Below, one piece after another: positions 30,511 through 44,861 of a stretch of DNA of 64,000 nt. Each line of letters begins with the position of its first letter. The stretch's first letter is position 1. The stretch spans positions 377,208,001 to 377,272,000 of the forward strand of contig OZ024741.1 in NCBI GenBank assembly GCA_964016885.1, given 5' to 3'. The translations under genes were made by a program, and so were the position numbers. The DNA is from Eledone cirrhosa (Eukaryota). The notes under the pieces are model-generated. The model saw only the letters and a list, made by a program, of their open reading frames with translations, searched no databases and was not told the DNA's origin.

Positions 30511-31902
30511 TAGACGCAAGTGGTGGATAGAGAGTTATGGAATCGCTCCCGTAAGATTTTGATTTTTAACATATTTAAAACAATTGCGATATAACAATTC
30601 TTAGTACATATGGGACATACAGCACCAGCTTCACACTCAGGAAATGAGAACCCATAATATCTTGTTATATCGCTCAAATATTCAATTTTGTATTATAAAT
30701 TTTATATTAAAAAAACAAAATGGTTATAAATGGAAGAAAACACCCTCTGTCTACACTATATAGAACAGTGAAATAACAACAATTTCACCGCCACCACATC
30801 CTAGATACGCCACCTATCCCACCACCCCTCTGTGTACACTAAACACAACAGCCAGATAACGGCAATTTCACCACCACCACCAGCAATCCCAGCATAATAA
30901 TAATACTTACTATTATTGTATCTCAAGTTTTCTCAAAATGTTTAATTCAAATATTAAGGAAATATGTCTACATAGGCGACAAACCGCATAGATATACAGA
31001 TCAATCAAACGCATACTAGCTACTGTCTATTCAAAAGAACTAAGTAGCGACACTGCCATAACTACAGTCACCGCCTCCACCACTCCATCATTGCTACCAC
31101 TATCCCATCACCGCCGCCACCACTACTGCCCAACTACCTTCTGTTAACTTAAGAAAGGGGAAGGTGGCGGTATCACTAGACAAGGGAGATATAAATAGAC
31201 TGACTTAGGGACCCGGTCAAACGTCAATGACTATGGCACTGCTGGATCCCCCCATCCCCACAAATAATAGAAAAAGCCCCAGCACCACCACCGACATAGC
31301 CAACAAAAACAACAGACAACTTCAACAAAAAGTATATTATATTAATAATAATTTCATTCTTAAACCACGCAGTGCTAACATTAAGGAACCCCTCATGATA
31401 ATAACAACTTAAAAAAGAAAAAAAAAGAAAACCCCGTGACCAAGAAATACCGGGATGGCGGGCGGCCGGGTATAGCCGTGTCTCTAGAGGAAGAAGACCC
31501 ATCTAGTCTTGGTTGACACTCGTCATAGGAGTGGTAACACGAAATGATTACACCTTGGCGGTTAAGGATACAACGCAACAAAATAAAGTCAATGTCAAAT
31601 GATAAAATCTCATACCGGGTCGGCCGCCACACGGGTCAAAAAGGGCCGCGTGCCTCAGAGAGGAACCAGCCGGAGTCGAAAAATCAGCTAATGGTTCAAA
31701 CCTTCCCATCACTTCGGAGCTGGAGACCTCCCATAAAAGGAATACTCCTACTGTTGGCCCTCCATGCTCTCCACCAAGAAATCCAAAGAAAAACAGAGAA
31801 CAATGGTCAAGGGAAGACAATAAAGAAGTCCTTGAGGCTTTCTACACTGCCATGTACTACCCATGAAATAGGTCGAATACAGAACAGACATATATATCAA
31901 CT

Positions 31903-32713
31903 GGGATTTCTGGAAGTTGTCCATAGGCCCCGGCCCGAAAGTTCTTCCGGAGAGATTGGCTAGTTGAATTTCGTCGACGCCTAGAGTTTCCCCAAGTATG
32001 TCGTCGCTCTTCCCCTACACTAATCCTCTATAGAACGCCAAGGTGGTGTTTCCCCCGATCATATTGCCCAACTGGCCGAGGACTGTGAGCGCCTGAAGAC
32101 ATTCCAGTCTCCAAGCGCTCCCTCCTCGCTTGACCCAGGACTGCAGCTCCGTCAAAGAGACGAGCTGGGGAAAGACGCGTCTAGCAAACGGCGACCACAC
32201 CTGATCACCGTTGAGGAAGAAATAGAGATGCCTACGCATCATCAGCCACGGCATGCCCAGCCCTCCACGTAGCGGGTTTTGACAGCAGATGGACCGCCTG
32301 ACCATTGGAGCCCGGCTCTTCCACAAAAAGCGCTCCAGCGCAGTCAGGCGAGGCTTAGGACGAGGCACGACGGTCAGCCGGTTGTAGATGACGGACTCAT
32401 TGTACGCATTCGCCACCTCCGCTCGACATTTCAGGGAAAGCTTCTTCTCTGCCTTTTTCTGCGTGAGAGAAGCCACCTTACTCGTCACCTCGTCCCAGTG
32501 TTTGCCAATCTCGAGGTCCGGACCGAACCAGACCCCTAGCAAGTTAACCGGTCGGACCGTCCAGCGAACGACTACGCTGTTGGACCGCAAGGACGTGCCT
32601 CTCAATGTGCCGAGCTGCAGGCCCACCGACTTTTCCTGATTGATCATTGTTCCTGTCACCGCTTCGTATTCTCTTAATGTAGTGCCGATCGCGTCGATGT
32701 ATTTGGCGTTCGA
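31903..32713 (-). pseudogene. Tx1-like family B ORF2 internal fragment (post-RT region)
   Basis: INQEKSVGLQLG..LLGVWFGPDL..GGLGMPWLMMRR; abuts (AAT)n at its 5' end. Confidence 0.85.
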
Positions 32714-32825
32714 ATAATAATAATAATGATAAAATTATTATTAAAAAATGTCTGCTCCGAAAGAGCTGTATATATATATATATACGATATTAAACAAATG
32801 GAAACTATATTTATAAAACCATATT

Positions 32826-32891
32826 TATTTCATTATACATATTTCGGGGATACCATATTAAAAATATGGCATGCCTTCGTCAGATAAAATA
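32826..32891 (-). ncRNA. Type I hammerhead ribozyme motif (left palindrome arm)
   Basis: Exact reverse complement of 33037-33102. Confidence 0.75.
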
Positions 32892-33036
32892 CAATATATA
32901 ATATATAAACAGTTTTATAAATAATTTTGACGTACCATAAATATGAGCGACCATTATGTAGGAAGCTGGTTTGGTACATAATGGTCGCTCATATTTATGG
33001 TACGTCAAAATTATTTATAAAACTGTTTATATATTG

Positions 33037-33102
33037 TATTTTATCTGACGAAGGCATGCCATATTTTTAATATGGTATCCCCGAAATATGTATAATGAAA
33101 TA
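33037..33102 (+). ncRNA. Type I hammerhead ribozyme motif (right palindrome arm)
   Basis: tattttat-CTGACGA-a-ggcatgccatatt/ttt/aatatggtatcccc-GAAA-tatgta-TA-atgaaata. 8-bp stem I (one GU), long stem II, loop-less stem III. Confidence 0.75.
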
Positions 33103-33789
33103 AATATGGTTTTATAAATATAGTTTCCATTTGTTTAATATCGTATATCTACTCCAAAAACTTGTCGAGTGCTTTATATCAGTTATAAAATATTTACGTG
33201 TTGTAACCCAACAATTTTAAATAAAACATTTGCATATATATATATATATAACGGCGATGAATTAGTTTTGCGAGGTTTTCGATATGAAATCGTGTGTCGA
33301 AACAAATATTGTTATATTGGGGAAGGTCATATTTGTGTAATATTGCCAGAATTAATAACAGAACACACTCACTGTTTGGTTGGTTTTCGCTTTTAGCTTC
33401 TGTGTCTTTTATATCAGTAATCGAATTTATTCGGTCCTCAATGTTGCCATTGACTGACCAACGGTCAAAAGTACAGATACAATATAGACACAAACACATA
33501 TATATAGTTTATCAAAGTTCTTTCGTTGCACATCTGCAACATCGTCAGTGGTGCTATTGTTTCCTCCCGTTGCATTGTATTTTCTACGCCATCTTTATTT
33601 AGTCTGCTTATATATTTATTTATTTGTTTATTTTATTTTGTCTTCTTTGCGCATGCGTTTGCGTGTGGGTATAGTGTTTTGTTTGATGTGTGTTCGTGAT
33701 TGGGTGGCTGTGTATCGGTTAATGTATTCTATCTTTATCAGTGTGTGTTTATATGAGTTTGTTGTTTGTTGTTATTTAAGCCAAGAACC

Positions 33790-34115
33790 ACCATACAATT
33801 CCTGATCAGCAAAACCTACCCTTTAAAGAAAACCCACTGTACTAATAGGAAATGTATCATATGTAAGGTAAACCCCCGGATAAACTGTAAAACTAGAAAC
33901 GTAGTCTATAGCATAAGATGTACAGAGGGTACTTGCAGAAACATGACAACAACATATATAGGCGAGACAGCTCGTAGCATAGGTGAAATGATAGACCAAC
34001 ACTGGAGAGGAAATAAAGGGACGAAAAAACGGTCCAGTACTATACGAACATGCCAGACAACAAAACAACGGTAACATAGACAACATAGAAATTCGAATAA
34101 TCTCTAAACATAGAA
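33790..34115 (+). pseudogene. PLE GIY-YIG endonuclease fragment
   Basis: CTNRKCIICKV..NCKTRNVVYSIRC..C..TYIGETARSIGEMIDQH. Confidence 0.85.
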
Positions 34116-34481
34116 AGGGTAAAAATATATAGAGGGGTAAAAATATATAAATATCCAAACAAGGGCGGGGTAAAAATATATAAATATCCAAACAAGGGCG
34201 GTGCCCCAGCATGGCCTCAGCCGGATGGCTGAAACAGGTAAAAGAGTAAATATATCAACATACAGAAATCACGCATATACGTAATAGTACATACATTTAT
34301 ATATTCACACATAAGTATATGTGCGTCTAGATGAAAATACAAATACACACATATACATTTGATCTTTTGCTCACATATGCGCACAAACAGGCACACAATC
34401 ACACACGTACTCAACATTAACATTAAATATACACAACGCACATGTCTCCATATCACACACACTCTCTCTCACACACACACG

Positions 34482-34543
<62 letters not shown>

Positions 34544-34682
34544 CACATACGCATATATATACTGTATATATATATAGAGAGAGACAGACACATACATATA
34601 TATATATATGTATATATATATGTGTGTAAAAATACTCGTGTATATACATAAACACGCATACACATATATACATATATATACA

Positions 34683-34720
<38 letters not shown>

Positions 34721-34721
34721 C

Positions 34722-35312
34722 ATGGTGGCTGCCAACTCGTTTTCGAGTACGGCCACTAATTTATATCCATGTAGGAGAACCCCTACCGATGCGCTGAACA
34801 AGTGTGACTTTTTAGTCCAGCCATCGACTTGAAAACTCTGGTACAAACACTACACTTGTGGCAATTATTGACACATAGTGCTGGGCCCATGATACCATGT
34901 GATGACAAGTGCAGAGAGATCTCCAGATATAAAGCAATGCCTGTGCCGTGAAGCTTTTATAGTTAGCAAAGGCACTGCACAAAGCCAGTCCCCCTCTCTT
35001 AACCAAGATGATATTTACCAAAAAGAAGAAGAAGTCAACATCATTGGATACCATCAGGGTTGCAGGTGTTATATCAGATTTTTCCTTCTCCTGAATTCTG
35101 CCTTGACAAAGGCTATGGGGTCATCTCTCCCGGTGATTTTGAATGGCCATTGACTCTTAAGAGCTCCTTTGCCCATTGACAGGTTTTGTTTTTAGTCCTG
35201 CAGGATGTCCAACGTCACCCTCCTCACCAAGAAACCTTGTTGGGGTTGCCAGTTTTGTTCGCAACGACCCGACCATGGGACAGGTTGTCCTGGGATACAT
35301 GTTACCAGTAGC
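34722..35312 (-). mobile_element. Non-autonomous, internally deleted RTE-like element (putative 5' UTR fused to ORF 3' end)
   Basis: Minus strand 34870-34783 reads [23 protein letters not shown] (C2H2 finger of the type ending RTE ORFs), then hairpin ctcg-aaaa-cgag and an (ATGT)-like tail. The 5' part is shared with 2625-2755. Confidence 0.55.
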
Positions 35313-35781
35313 ACCAACATACATACATACATACATATTTATATACATACATACGCATACATTTACACAGGCGTACATGCAGATAAATATATATCCGTTC
35401 GCACATTAATATTTACATACACACGTACTCAGTATGTGTGAGTGGACATAAAAACGAGAAGAGTGACACGCATAAGTATACATACATGGATACGTAGACG
35501 TATGCGTATATGTGTATACACACATAAACATACATGCATACATATATACATATACATGTATATATATACATACATATATACATATATATAAATATACATC
35601 CACACTGAAGTGTAAGCTTGCGCGTGTGTGTGTGTGTGCATATGTATGTATGTGCATATGTATGTCTGTGTAGACGTGCGTGTATAGGCACATGTGTGTT
35701 TGCCTGTATGTATACACATGATTGTATGTATATGTGTAGAAATATATATATATATTTATGTATATATATATATATATATAC

Positions 35782-35892
<111 letters not shown>

Positions 35893-36264
35893 GTATCGGA
35901 AAATCAGCTCACGAATTTTCGATAAACAAAACCGACATCAGTGGCAGAGGGCTCAATAATTCAGATAAATCAGAGCTATAACTATCGTTAAAATACCAAC
36001 ACACAAAGATTATGCCTAAAATCACCCATGCAGCCGAAAAATAACGACCAGGAAGTTTCGGGTCACTCAGATGAAATATCAATAAATCAATAATTTATAT
36101 GAATGTAAAAACTTACCCGGACCCACTAGAAAGGTGGTAAATCTTGTGTATGGGTAGAGATATCTAATTATATATATGCTTTTAATTAAGCATACAGTGT
36201 AATATAGACTATATATACATTCATATATATATATATCGCTATTTCAGAGCAGCATTTCTAATGT

Positions 36265-37162
<898 letters not shown>

Positions 37163-37587
37163 AATAAGCTCTGTAACCTACATGGAGCACTCTTTTTTTC
37201 CTGGAGCTTTCCGACGGAATTACTTCCTTCATACATACATATATATATATATATGTGCGCATATGTGAGCGAAAGGCTATTTGTATTTTCATGTAGATGC
37301 ACATATACTTGTGTGTGAATGTATAAGTATACGTATATGCGTGATTTGTGTATGTTTATATATTTGGATATTTATATTTTTTCCCCTCAATTTATGCCCG
37401 TTATTTCATTTCAGCCTCACTTTCATTTATCCTAAACTGTGTTCAAACCCATATCGCATTCCATAATCAATTTATTCTGATGCATGACGACAGACATAAG
37501 TGTCAAGCACTTCAAGAAACCATTGGTAAAGGAATTAACTATCGCATGTTATTTATTACACATATATATATATATATATATATATAA

Positions 37588-40500
37588 TGTAGGAGGTGAG
37601 TTTTATTGTAGTACAATAAAGCAATGCAGATAAGAAGGACTCTACAGTTTGTAGGACTGGAGTATACATAATATAAGATCAACAGATGGTTAAAGGAGTT
37701 CCATGTATTTTATTATGCGCATTTCAAAAACAAACATCATCATGCAATAATATTTGTGTTTTCATCAGATAAAACAGGAGAACATGATATAAAGGCTAAA
37801 AAACACTTGTGGATAGTGCAGTTTTAAATCAACATATGAAAAGTGGTTTTAGATTGATGTGTGATATTGGGAAAAATATTTTATTTAGAGAGGGGGGCGG
37901 AAAGGATGAAAAAGGGGAGGAGATGAGAGTGAAGGTGGAGAGGGAGAGATGGGTGATAGAGAGAAAGAGATAGTTTTTATAACTGAGAGAAGATATATTG
38001 TTTTACATAGAGAGGTTGAAAACCGTTGGAAGATAATGTATAAATTAAAAGAATTTGAAAATTAACGAAGGGAAAAATATGTACGAGGAAAAAATATTTT
38101 ATTTAGGGAAGGGGGGGGGGGGATGATGAAAAAAGGGGAGGAGATTACAGTGAAGGTGGAGAGGGAGAGATGGGTGATAGAGAGAAAGAGATAGTTTTTA
38201 TAACTGAGAAAAGATATATTGTTTTACATAGAGAGGTTGAGAACCGTTGGAAGATAATGTATAAATTAAAAGAATTTGAAAATTAACGAAGGGAAAAATA
38301 TGTACGAGGAAAGAGAGGGAGTTTATGTATGAAGATAGAGAGAAAAAATAATAATTGCGGATGAATATGCTAACGTCAAAAAGGTGTATGTTGATAAGTA
38401 TTGTGGCAATTTCAAAATTAACGAAGAGAAAAAATTATTAAGATTTGTGTGTAGAAGGATTTGAGAAAAATAATGTGAAGTTAAAGTTTGTATATTGAAG
38501 TAATTGATAATATGTGCGAAGAAAGAGTTAATATGTATTAAAACATTATTAAGGTTTGTGTATTAGATGATTTGAGAAAAATAATGTGAAGTTAAGGTTT
38601 GTATATTGAAGGAGTTGATAATATGTGCGAAGAAAGAGTTAATATGTATTAAGAATGAGTTCGTTGATGGGGAGAAAAAAATAATAAATTAAGGATGAAA
38701 TTGAGATTAAAAAGTTTTATGATAGAGAGAAAAAAATAATAATAATTGCGGATGAATATTCTAGCGTCAAAAAAACAAATGTATATGTTATGAAGGATTT
38801 TACAAGGTGAAGATAGAATGAGGGTAATGAGTAAACAAGTATTATAGAGTGTATAATGCCCTTTGAAGTAAGGTAGGAAGATGGGTATATTTTAAAGAGG
38901 TGTATGTATATTTGCCTTTGAGAAAAGATTCTAAATTGATAAAGAATTGAATATTAGCTGTATACTTTGTGAAAAGTCCTATGGAATTTATGCAGGCAGA
39001 TAGAAAACAAATCTGTACGTCTATTTATTATAGAATCTAGATTAGAGATAATGGTAAATTTTTCATTTAGGCAGAGATCACAGATTTTAGATAGAGAGCT
39101 GTTCAAGTATGAGGATGCAGAAGAAACCTTCTTCCAAAAGATGGTATATTTAATGTTTTTGTCTTTCAAGGACCATATGAGTTCTGAGAGAGCCGTGTTG
39201 GTTCTTTTAAGTTTGTATTTAAAAGATGAATGGTGATTATAGAGACGAGCTTTAAAAGAGGTGGAAGTGGAGCCAAAATAGGTGAAGGAATTGGTGCTAG
39301 TTATAACTTTACATTCATGAATTAAGTTTTTATCAAGACAATGGTTGTTGAGAGGACATTTATTTTTAATGCGGCAGTTGCAATTAGAGAGATTATTAAT
39401 GAGTGACCTAGTGTTATCTATAGAAGGAATTGGATTGGAGAAATTGTTTGCCATAGGAATAATAGGAATAATAGTTTCTTGATTTAGAGTTGGATTATGA
39501 ACATTTAGCGAAGTTGTGTTTGACGTTGTATTTGGGTTTACAGAAGTTAGCCTAGGGTTTATAATGACGTCGGGAGTACTATTACTGTTATTATGAAATT
39601 CAATGTTGGAAGGAAGAGATTTAGTATTTAGTATTTTATTGTTGTGTTTAGAGATGATGTTGGAAATATTGGAGGATGTAGAATGAGAAAATTTGATGGT
39701 GTGTTTGTTAAATATTTTACTATAGATATGTGAAGGAGGGAAGCATTTATTTAAGGCACTAAAAATAATTTAGGAATATTGTTATTTATAGAGATGGAGA
39801 AAGGAGCATTATACCAGATTATGTTTTTGTATCTAGGTCTTTTATTAAAATTATTGGAATGATCATGATTAATTATTCTACTGTAGGTTTTTCTAGAATT
39901 TGTTTCTTTACTATATTTGATTTTATCTGGATAGCCGGCTTTAGAAAGTGCGTTATTATAGTAATTGGCGTTAGCATCAAAGTTGTTTTTATTAGAAGAT
40001 ATGTTAGATATTCTTTTTCCAATATTACTAACTATAGCATTCTTGATATTGGTAGGATGGTTAGATTTAAAGTTAACATAATTTAGGTTCTCATTGTTTT
40101 TATGGTAAGAGTAATATAGGCCAGTGTCAAGATTAAGAGATACATCCAAGAAATTAGCTAGTTTGATACTATTATCAAATTCAACTTTTAGGTTATGTTG
40201 GTTAAAGAGATTACGTATATTGTTCTTAATAATATTAAGGTTAACTATATTGCAATTTAAGATAGTAAAGAGTCCATCGTCACGATAAATTCCACCGCGA
40301 AGTTGAGGAATTTTCCGACTCAAAGAGTTCAAAATAAAGATACTAATTAAATCAGTCAATTGGGATGAATCGGATGCTCCCATTGTGATGTCGAAGTTGT
40401 TAGAGGTATCGGCTCTGGTCCAATATTCGTTGTTGAACTCTAGGATGGTTTTACGTGCGGTGAGGATGATGTGAAGTTCATCTGTGGTGATGTCAGAATA

Positions 40501-40813
40501 TTTAAGTGCGAAAGATACAGCATTATTGAGAAGTGAAGGCGAAATGGAGGAATAGTAGCTGGCAATATCAAATTGAATAAATTTTAGTTTGTTTTTATTA
40601 TCCAATTTGTTGAACCAGCCAATCACTTCAGAAGTACCAAACCATAAATTTAGGTTCAAAGAAGAGCAACCTGTGGGATAATTCTATCCAAGATGGCTTT
40701 ACTAACAACCCACAGATCAGATTTAGAGGGGGCGATTAATCTAACAGGTAGTTCAGTGCGAAAATTGTTTTTGTGATCCTTGAGATTTATCCTCGGAGTT
40801 CTTGGGAGGAATG
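37588..40813 (-). mobile_element. Inverted, 5'-truncated copy of the adjacent Penelope-like element
   Basis: Reverse complement of 41417-44450 plus ~80 bp of extra pLTR; ORF pieces 39751-40659 (RT) and 38954-39454 (EN). Confidence 0.95.
37707..37775 (-). ncRNA. Type I hammerhead ribozyme motif, intact core
   Basis: Minus strand: gttttat-CTGATGA-aaacacaaatattat..atgatgtttgttttt-GAAA-tgcgca-TA-ataaaat. Stem III is the loop-less palindrome ATGCGCAT. Confidence 0.85.
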
Positions 40814-40824
40814 CTCCTTAACGG

Positions 40825-43288
40825 TTGAGCGCTTACTCTCATATTGGATACCTTTTGATGGTCTTTTACCTCTTCTTCTACAACATGGATTATTACAACA
40901 TAACCAACTCAACTAAAGACATTCCTATACCTGGTAAATCTGAATTCACCAAACTTCTTATTGAAAAAAATGACTCCTTCGTAAGAAGACTTAGATGGAC
41001 AGCCTATTTGTATGACCAGCGCCTAAAAGGGAACTTCCATACAAAAGAACATAACTTCCTCGATCATCTATTTAATTCTAGACGAAATCCTCCTTCCAAC
41101 AAAAATCTAGTACAATTCGAGGAAGAATTAACTAAAATAATAAAAAATCTTAAATTCAAGAGATACCCTTACAAAGGACAAGAGCACCTTGTAAATCTCA
41201 AGAACACAATTTCTAACCTAAATTCCTCAAAAAATGTTTTAGTCCACTCTGACAAAACCAATAACTTATATGGTATTTCCAAGGATAACTATAACAACCT
41301 CATCCTAAAGGAACTTAGGAAAAAGTATCGTAAAACCAACCATGAAAATTTAGAATACATAAACCTTGAAGCCTCTGAGATTATGTCAAAACTTGGCATT
41401 GAAAAAAAGATCGAACCATTCCTCCCAAGAACTCCGGGGATAAATCTCAAGGATCACAAAAACAATTTTCGCACTGAACTACCTGTTAGATTAATCGCCC
41501 CCTCTAAATCTGATCTGGGGGTTGTTAGTAAAGCCATCTTGGATAGAATTATCCCACAGGTTAGTTCTAATTGCTCTTCTTTGAACCTAAATTTATGGTT
41601 TGGTACTTCTGAAGTGATTGGCTGGTTCAACAAATTGGATAATAAAAACAATCTAAAATTTATTCAATTTGATATTGCCAGCTACTATTCCTCCATTTCG
41701 CCTTCACTTCTCAATAATGCTCTATCTTTCGCACTTAAATATTCTGACATCACCACAGATGAACTTCACATCATCCTCACCGCACGTAAAACCATCCTAG
41801 AGTTCAACAACGAATATTGGACCAGAGCCGATACCTCTAACAACTTCGACATCACAATGGGAGCATCCGATTCATCACAATTGACTGATTTAATTAGTAT
41901 CTTTATTTTGAACTCTTTGAGTCGGAAAATTCCTCAACTTCGCGGTGGAATTTATCGTGACGATGGACTCTTTACTATCTTAAATTGCAATATAGTTAAC
42001 CTTAATATTATTAAGAACAATATACGTAATCTCTTTAACCAACATAACCTAAAAATTGAATTTGATAATAGTATCAAACTAGCTAATTTCTTGGATGTAT
42101 CTCTTAATCTTGACACTGGCCTATATTACCCTTACCATAAAAACAATGAGAACCTAAATTATGTTAACTTTAAATCTAACCATCCTACCAATATCAAGAA
42201 TGCTATAGTTAGTAATATTGGAAAAAGAATATCTAACATATCTTCTAATAAAAAACATATTTTATGCTAACGCCAATTACTATAATAACGCACTTTCTAA
42301 AGCCGGCTATCCAGATAAAATCAAATATAGTAAAGAAACAAATTATAGAAAAACTTACAGTAGAATAATTAATCATGATCATTCCAATAATTTTAATAAA
42401 AGACCTAGATACAAAAACATAATCTGGTATAATGCTCCTTTCTCAATCTCTATTAATAACAATATTCCTAAATTATTTTTTAGTGCCTTAAATAAATGCT
42501 TCCCTCCCTCACATATCTATAGTAAAATATTTAACAAACACACCATCAAATTTTCTTATTCTACATCCTCCAATATTTCCAACATCATCTCTAAACACAA
42601 CAATAAAATACTAAATACTAAATCTCTTCCTTCCAACATTGAATTTCATAATAACAGTAATAGTACTCCCGACGTCATTGTAAACCCTAGGCTAACTTCT
42701 GTAAACCCAAATACAACGTCAAACACAACTTCGCTAAATGTTCATAATCCAACTCTAAATCAAGAAACTATTATTCCTATTATTCCTATGGCAAACAACT
42801 TCTCCAGTCCAATTCCTTCTATAGATAACACTAGGTCACTCATTAATAATCTCTCTAATTGCAACTGCCGCATTAAAAATAAATGTCCTCTCAACAACCA
42901 TTGCCTTGATAAAAACTTCATTTATGAATGTAAAGTTATAACTAGCACCAATTCCTTCACCCATTTTGGCTCCACTTCCACCTCTTTTAAAGCTCGTCTC
43001 TATAATCACCATTCATCTTTTAAATACAAACTTAAAAGAACCAACACGGCTCTCTCAGAACTCATATGGTCCTTGAAAGACAAAAACATTAAATATACCA
43101 TCTTTTGGAAGAAGGTTTCTTCTGCATCCTCATACTTGAACAGCTCTCTATCTAAAATCTGTAATCTCTGCCTAAATGAAAAATGTACCATTATCTCTAA
43201 TCTAGATTCTATAATAAATAGACGTACAGATTTGTTTTCTATCTGCCTGCTTAAATTCCATAGGACTTTTCACAAAGTATACAGCTAA
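40825..43288 (+). pseudogene. PLE reverse transcriptase + GIY-YIG endonuclease, single +1 frameshift near 42255
   Basis: HSDKTNN, PVRLIAP, FIQFDIASYYSSI, ITMGA, IYRDDG, NFLDV, SNHP, NIIWYNAPFS, CNCR..CPL..HCL..IYEC..FGST..FKARLYNH..CNLCLNE. Confidence 0.92.
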
Positions 43289-44342
43289 TATTCAATTCTT
43301 TATCAATTTAGAATCTTTTCTCAAAGGCAAATATACATACACCTCTTTAAAATATACCCATCTTCCTACCTTACTTCAAAGGGCATTATACACTCTATAA
43401 TACTTGTTTACTCATTACCCTCATTCTATCTTCACCTTGTAAAATCCTTCATAACATATACATTTGTTTTTTTGACGCTAGAATATTCATCCGCAATTAT
43501 TATTATGTTTTTCTCTCTATCATAAAACTTTTTAATCTCAATTTCATCCTTAATTTATTATTTTTTTCTCCCCATCAACGAACTCATTCTTAATACATAT
43601 TAACTCTTTCTTTGCACATATTATCAACTCCTTCAATATACAAACCTTAACTTCACATTATTTTTCTCAAATCATCTAATACACAAACCTTAATTTTTTC
43701 TCTTCGTTAATTTTTAAATTGCCACAATACTTATCAACATACACCTTTTTGACGTTAGAATATTTCTCCGCAATTATTATTTTTTCTCTCTATCTTCATA
43801 CATAAACTCCCTCTCTTTCCTCGTACATATTTTTCCCTTCGTTAATTTTCAAATTCTTTTAATTTATACATTATCTTCCAACGGTTCTCAACCTCTCTAT
43901 GTAAAACAATATATCTTTTCTCAGTTATAAAAACTATCTCTTTCTCTCTATCACCCATCTCTCCCTCTCCACCTTCACTGTAATCTCCTCCCCTTTTTTC
44001 ATCCTTTCCACCCCCCTACCTAAATAAAATATTTTTTCATCGTACATATTTTCCCCTTCGTTAATTTTCAAATTCTTTTAATTTATACATTATCTTCCAT
44101 CGGTTTTCAACCTCTCTATGTAAAACAATATATCTTACTCAGTTATAAAAACTATCTCTTTCTCTCTATCACCCATCTCTCCCTCTCCACCTTCACTCTC
44201 ATCTCCTCCCCTTTTTCATCCCCCCCCTCTCTAAATAAAATATTTTTCCCAATATCAAACATCAATCTAAAACCACTTTTCATATGTTGATTTAAAACTG
44301 CACTATCCACAAGTGTTTTTTAGCCTTCATATCATGTTCTCC

Positions 44343-44413
44343 TATTTTATCTGATGAAAACTCAAATATTATTGCATGATGATGTTTGTTTTTGAAGTGC
44401 GCATAATAAAATA
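44343..44413 (+). ncRNA. Hammerhead motif with core mutation (GAAA>GAAG)
   Basis: tattttat-CTGATGA-...-GAAG-tgcgca-TA-ataaaata. Confidence 0.6.
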
Positions 44414-44443
44414 CATGGAACTCCTTTAACCATCTGTTGATCT

Positions 44444-44515
<72 letters not shown>

Positions 44516-44652
44516 ATATATATATACATATATATATAAATGTAATCTGAGTTCTTCGAATATTAATAACATTCGATTCGTTTGCAATTTTGCAAAGAAG
44601 CCTCAATTTTAGAATAAAGAATTCATTCTTGCTCTCGTGTTGGCATGCGAAC

Positions 44653-44800
<148 letters not shown>

Positions 44801-44827
44801 GTTACTCCGGGTTGCGCCGGAGGTAAC

Positions 44828-44861
<34 letters not shown>

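Larger units (their letters stand above)
32780..33148. repeat. Near-perfect palindrome (arms 32780-32960 and 32975-33148, 14-nt spacer): inverted PLE pLTR
   Basis: Arms are reverse complements apart from one ~7-bp indel in a TA run. Confidence 0.95.
40814..44450 (+). mobile_element. Near full-length Penelope-like element (C-terminal endonuclease; possibly Nematis-like)
   Basis: Long RT+EN ORF, ~1.1-kb pyrimidine-rich 3' region with a ~210-bp tandem duplication (~43820-44240), terminal HHR; ends in (TA)n. Confidence 0.95.

Noticed and set aside
31480-31540. Minus-strand ATGACGA-gtgtc..gac..GTC as a hammerhead
   Set aside because: Both core boxes are mutated and stem I does not pair.
36040-36135. 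Minus-strand gacccGAAAC..GTC as a hammerhead
   Set aside because: No properly placed CUGANGA/UUGANAA box and no stem I; at best an unrecognisable relic.
40825-43288. Naiad/Chlamys-type or selenoprotein-encoding PLE, or programmed frameshift
   Set aside because: The endonuclease is C-terminal, the two ORF segments are not interrupted by in-frame UGA, and the inverted sister copy is in frame across the break, so it is a simple indel.
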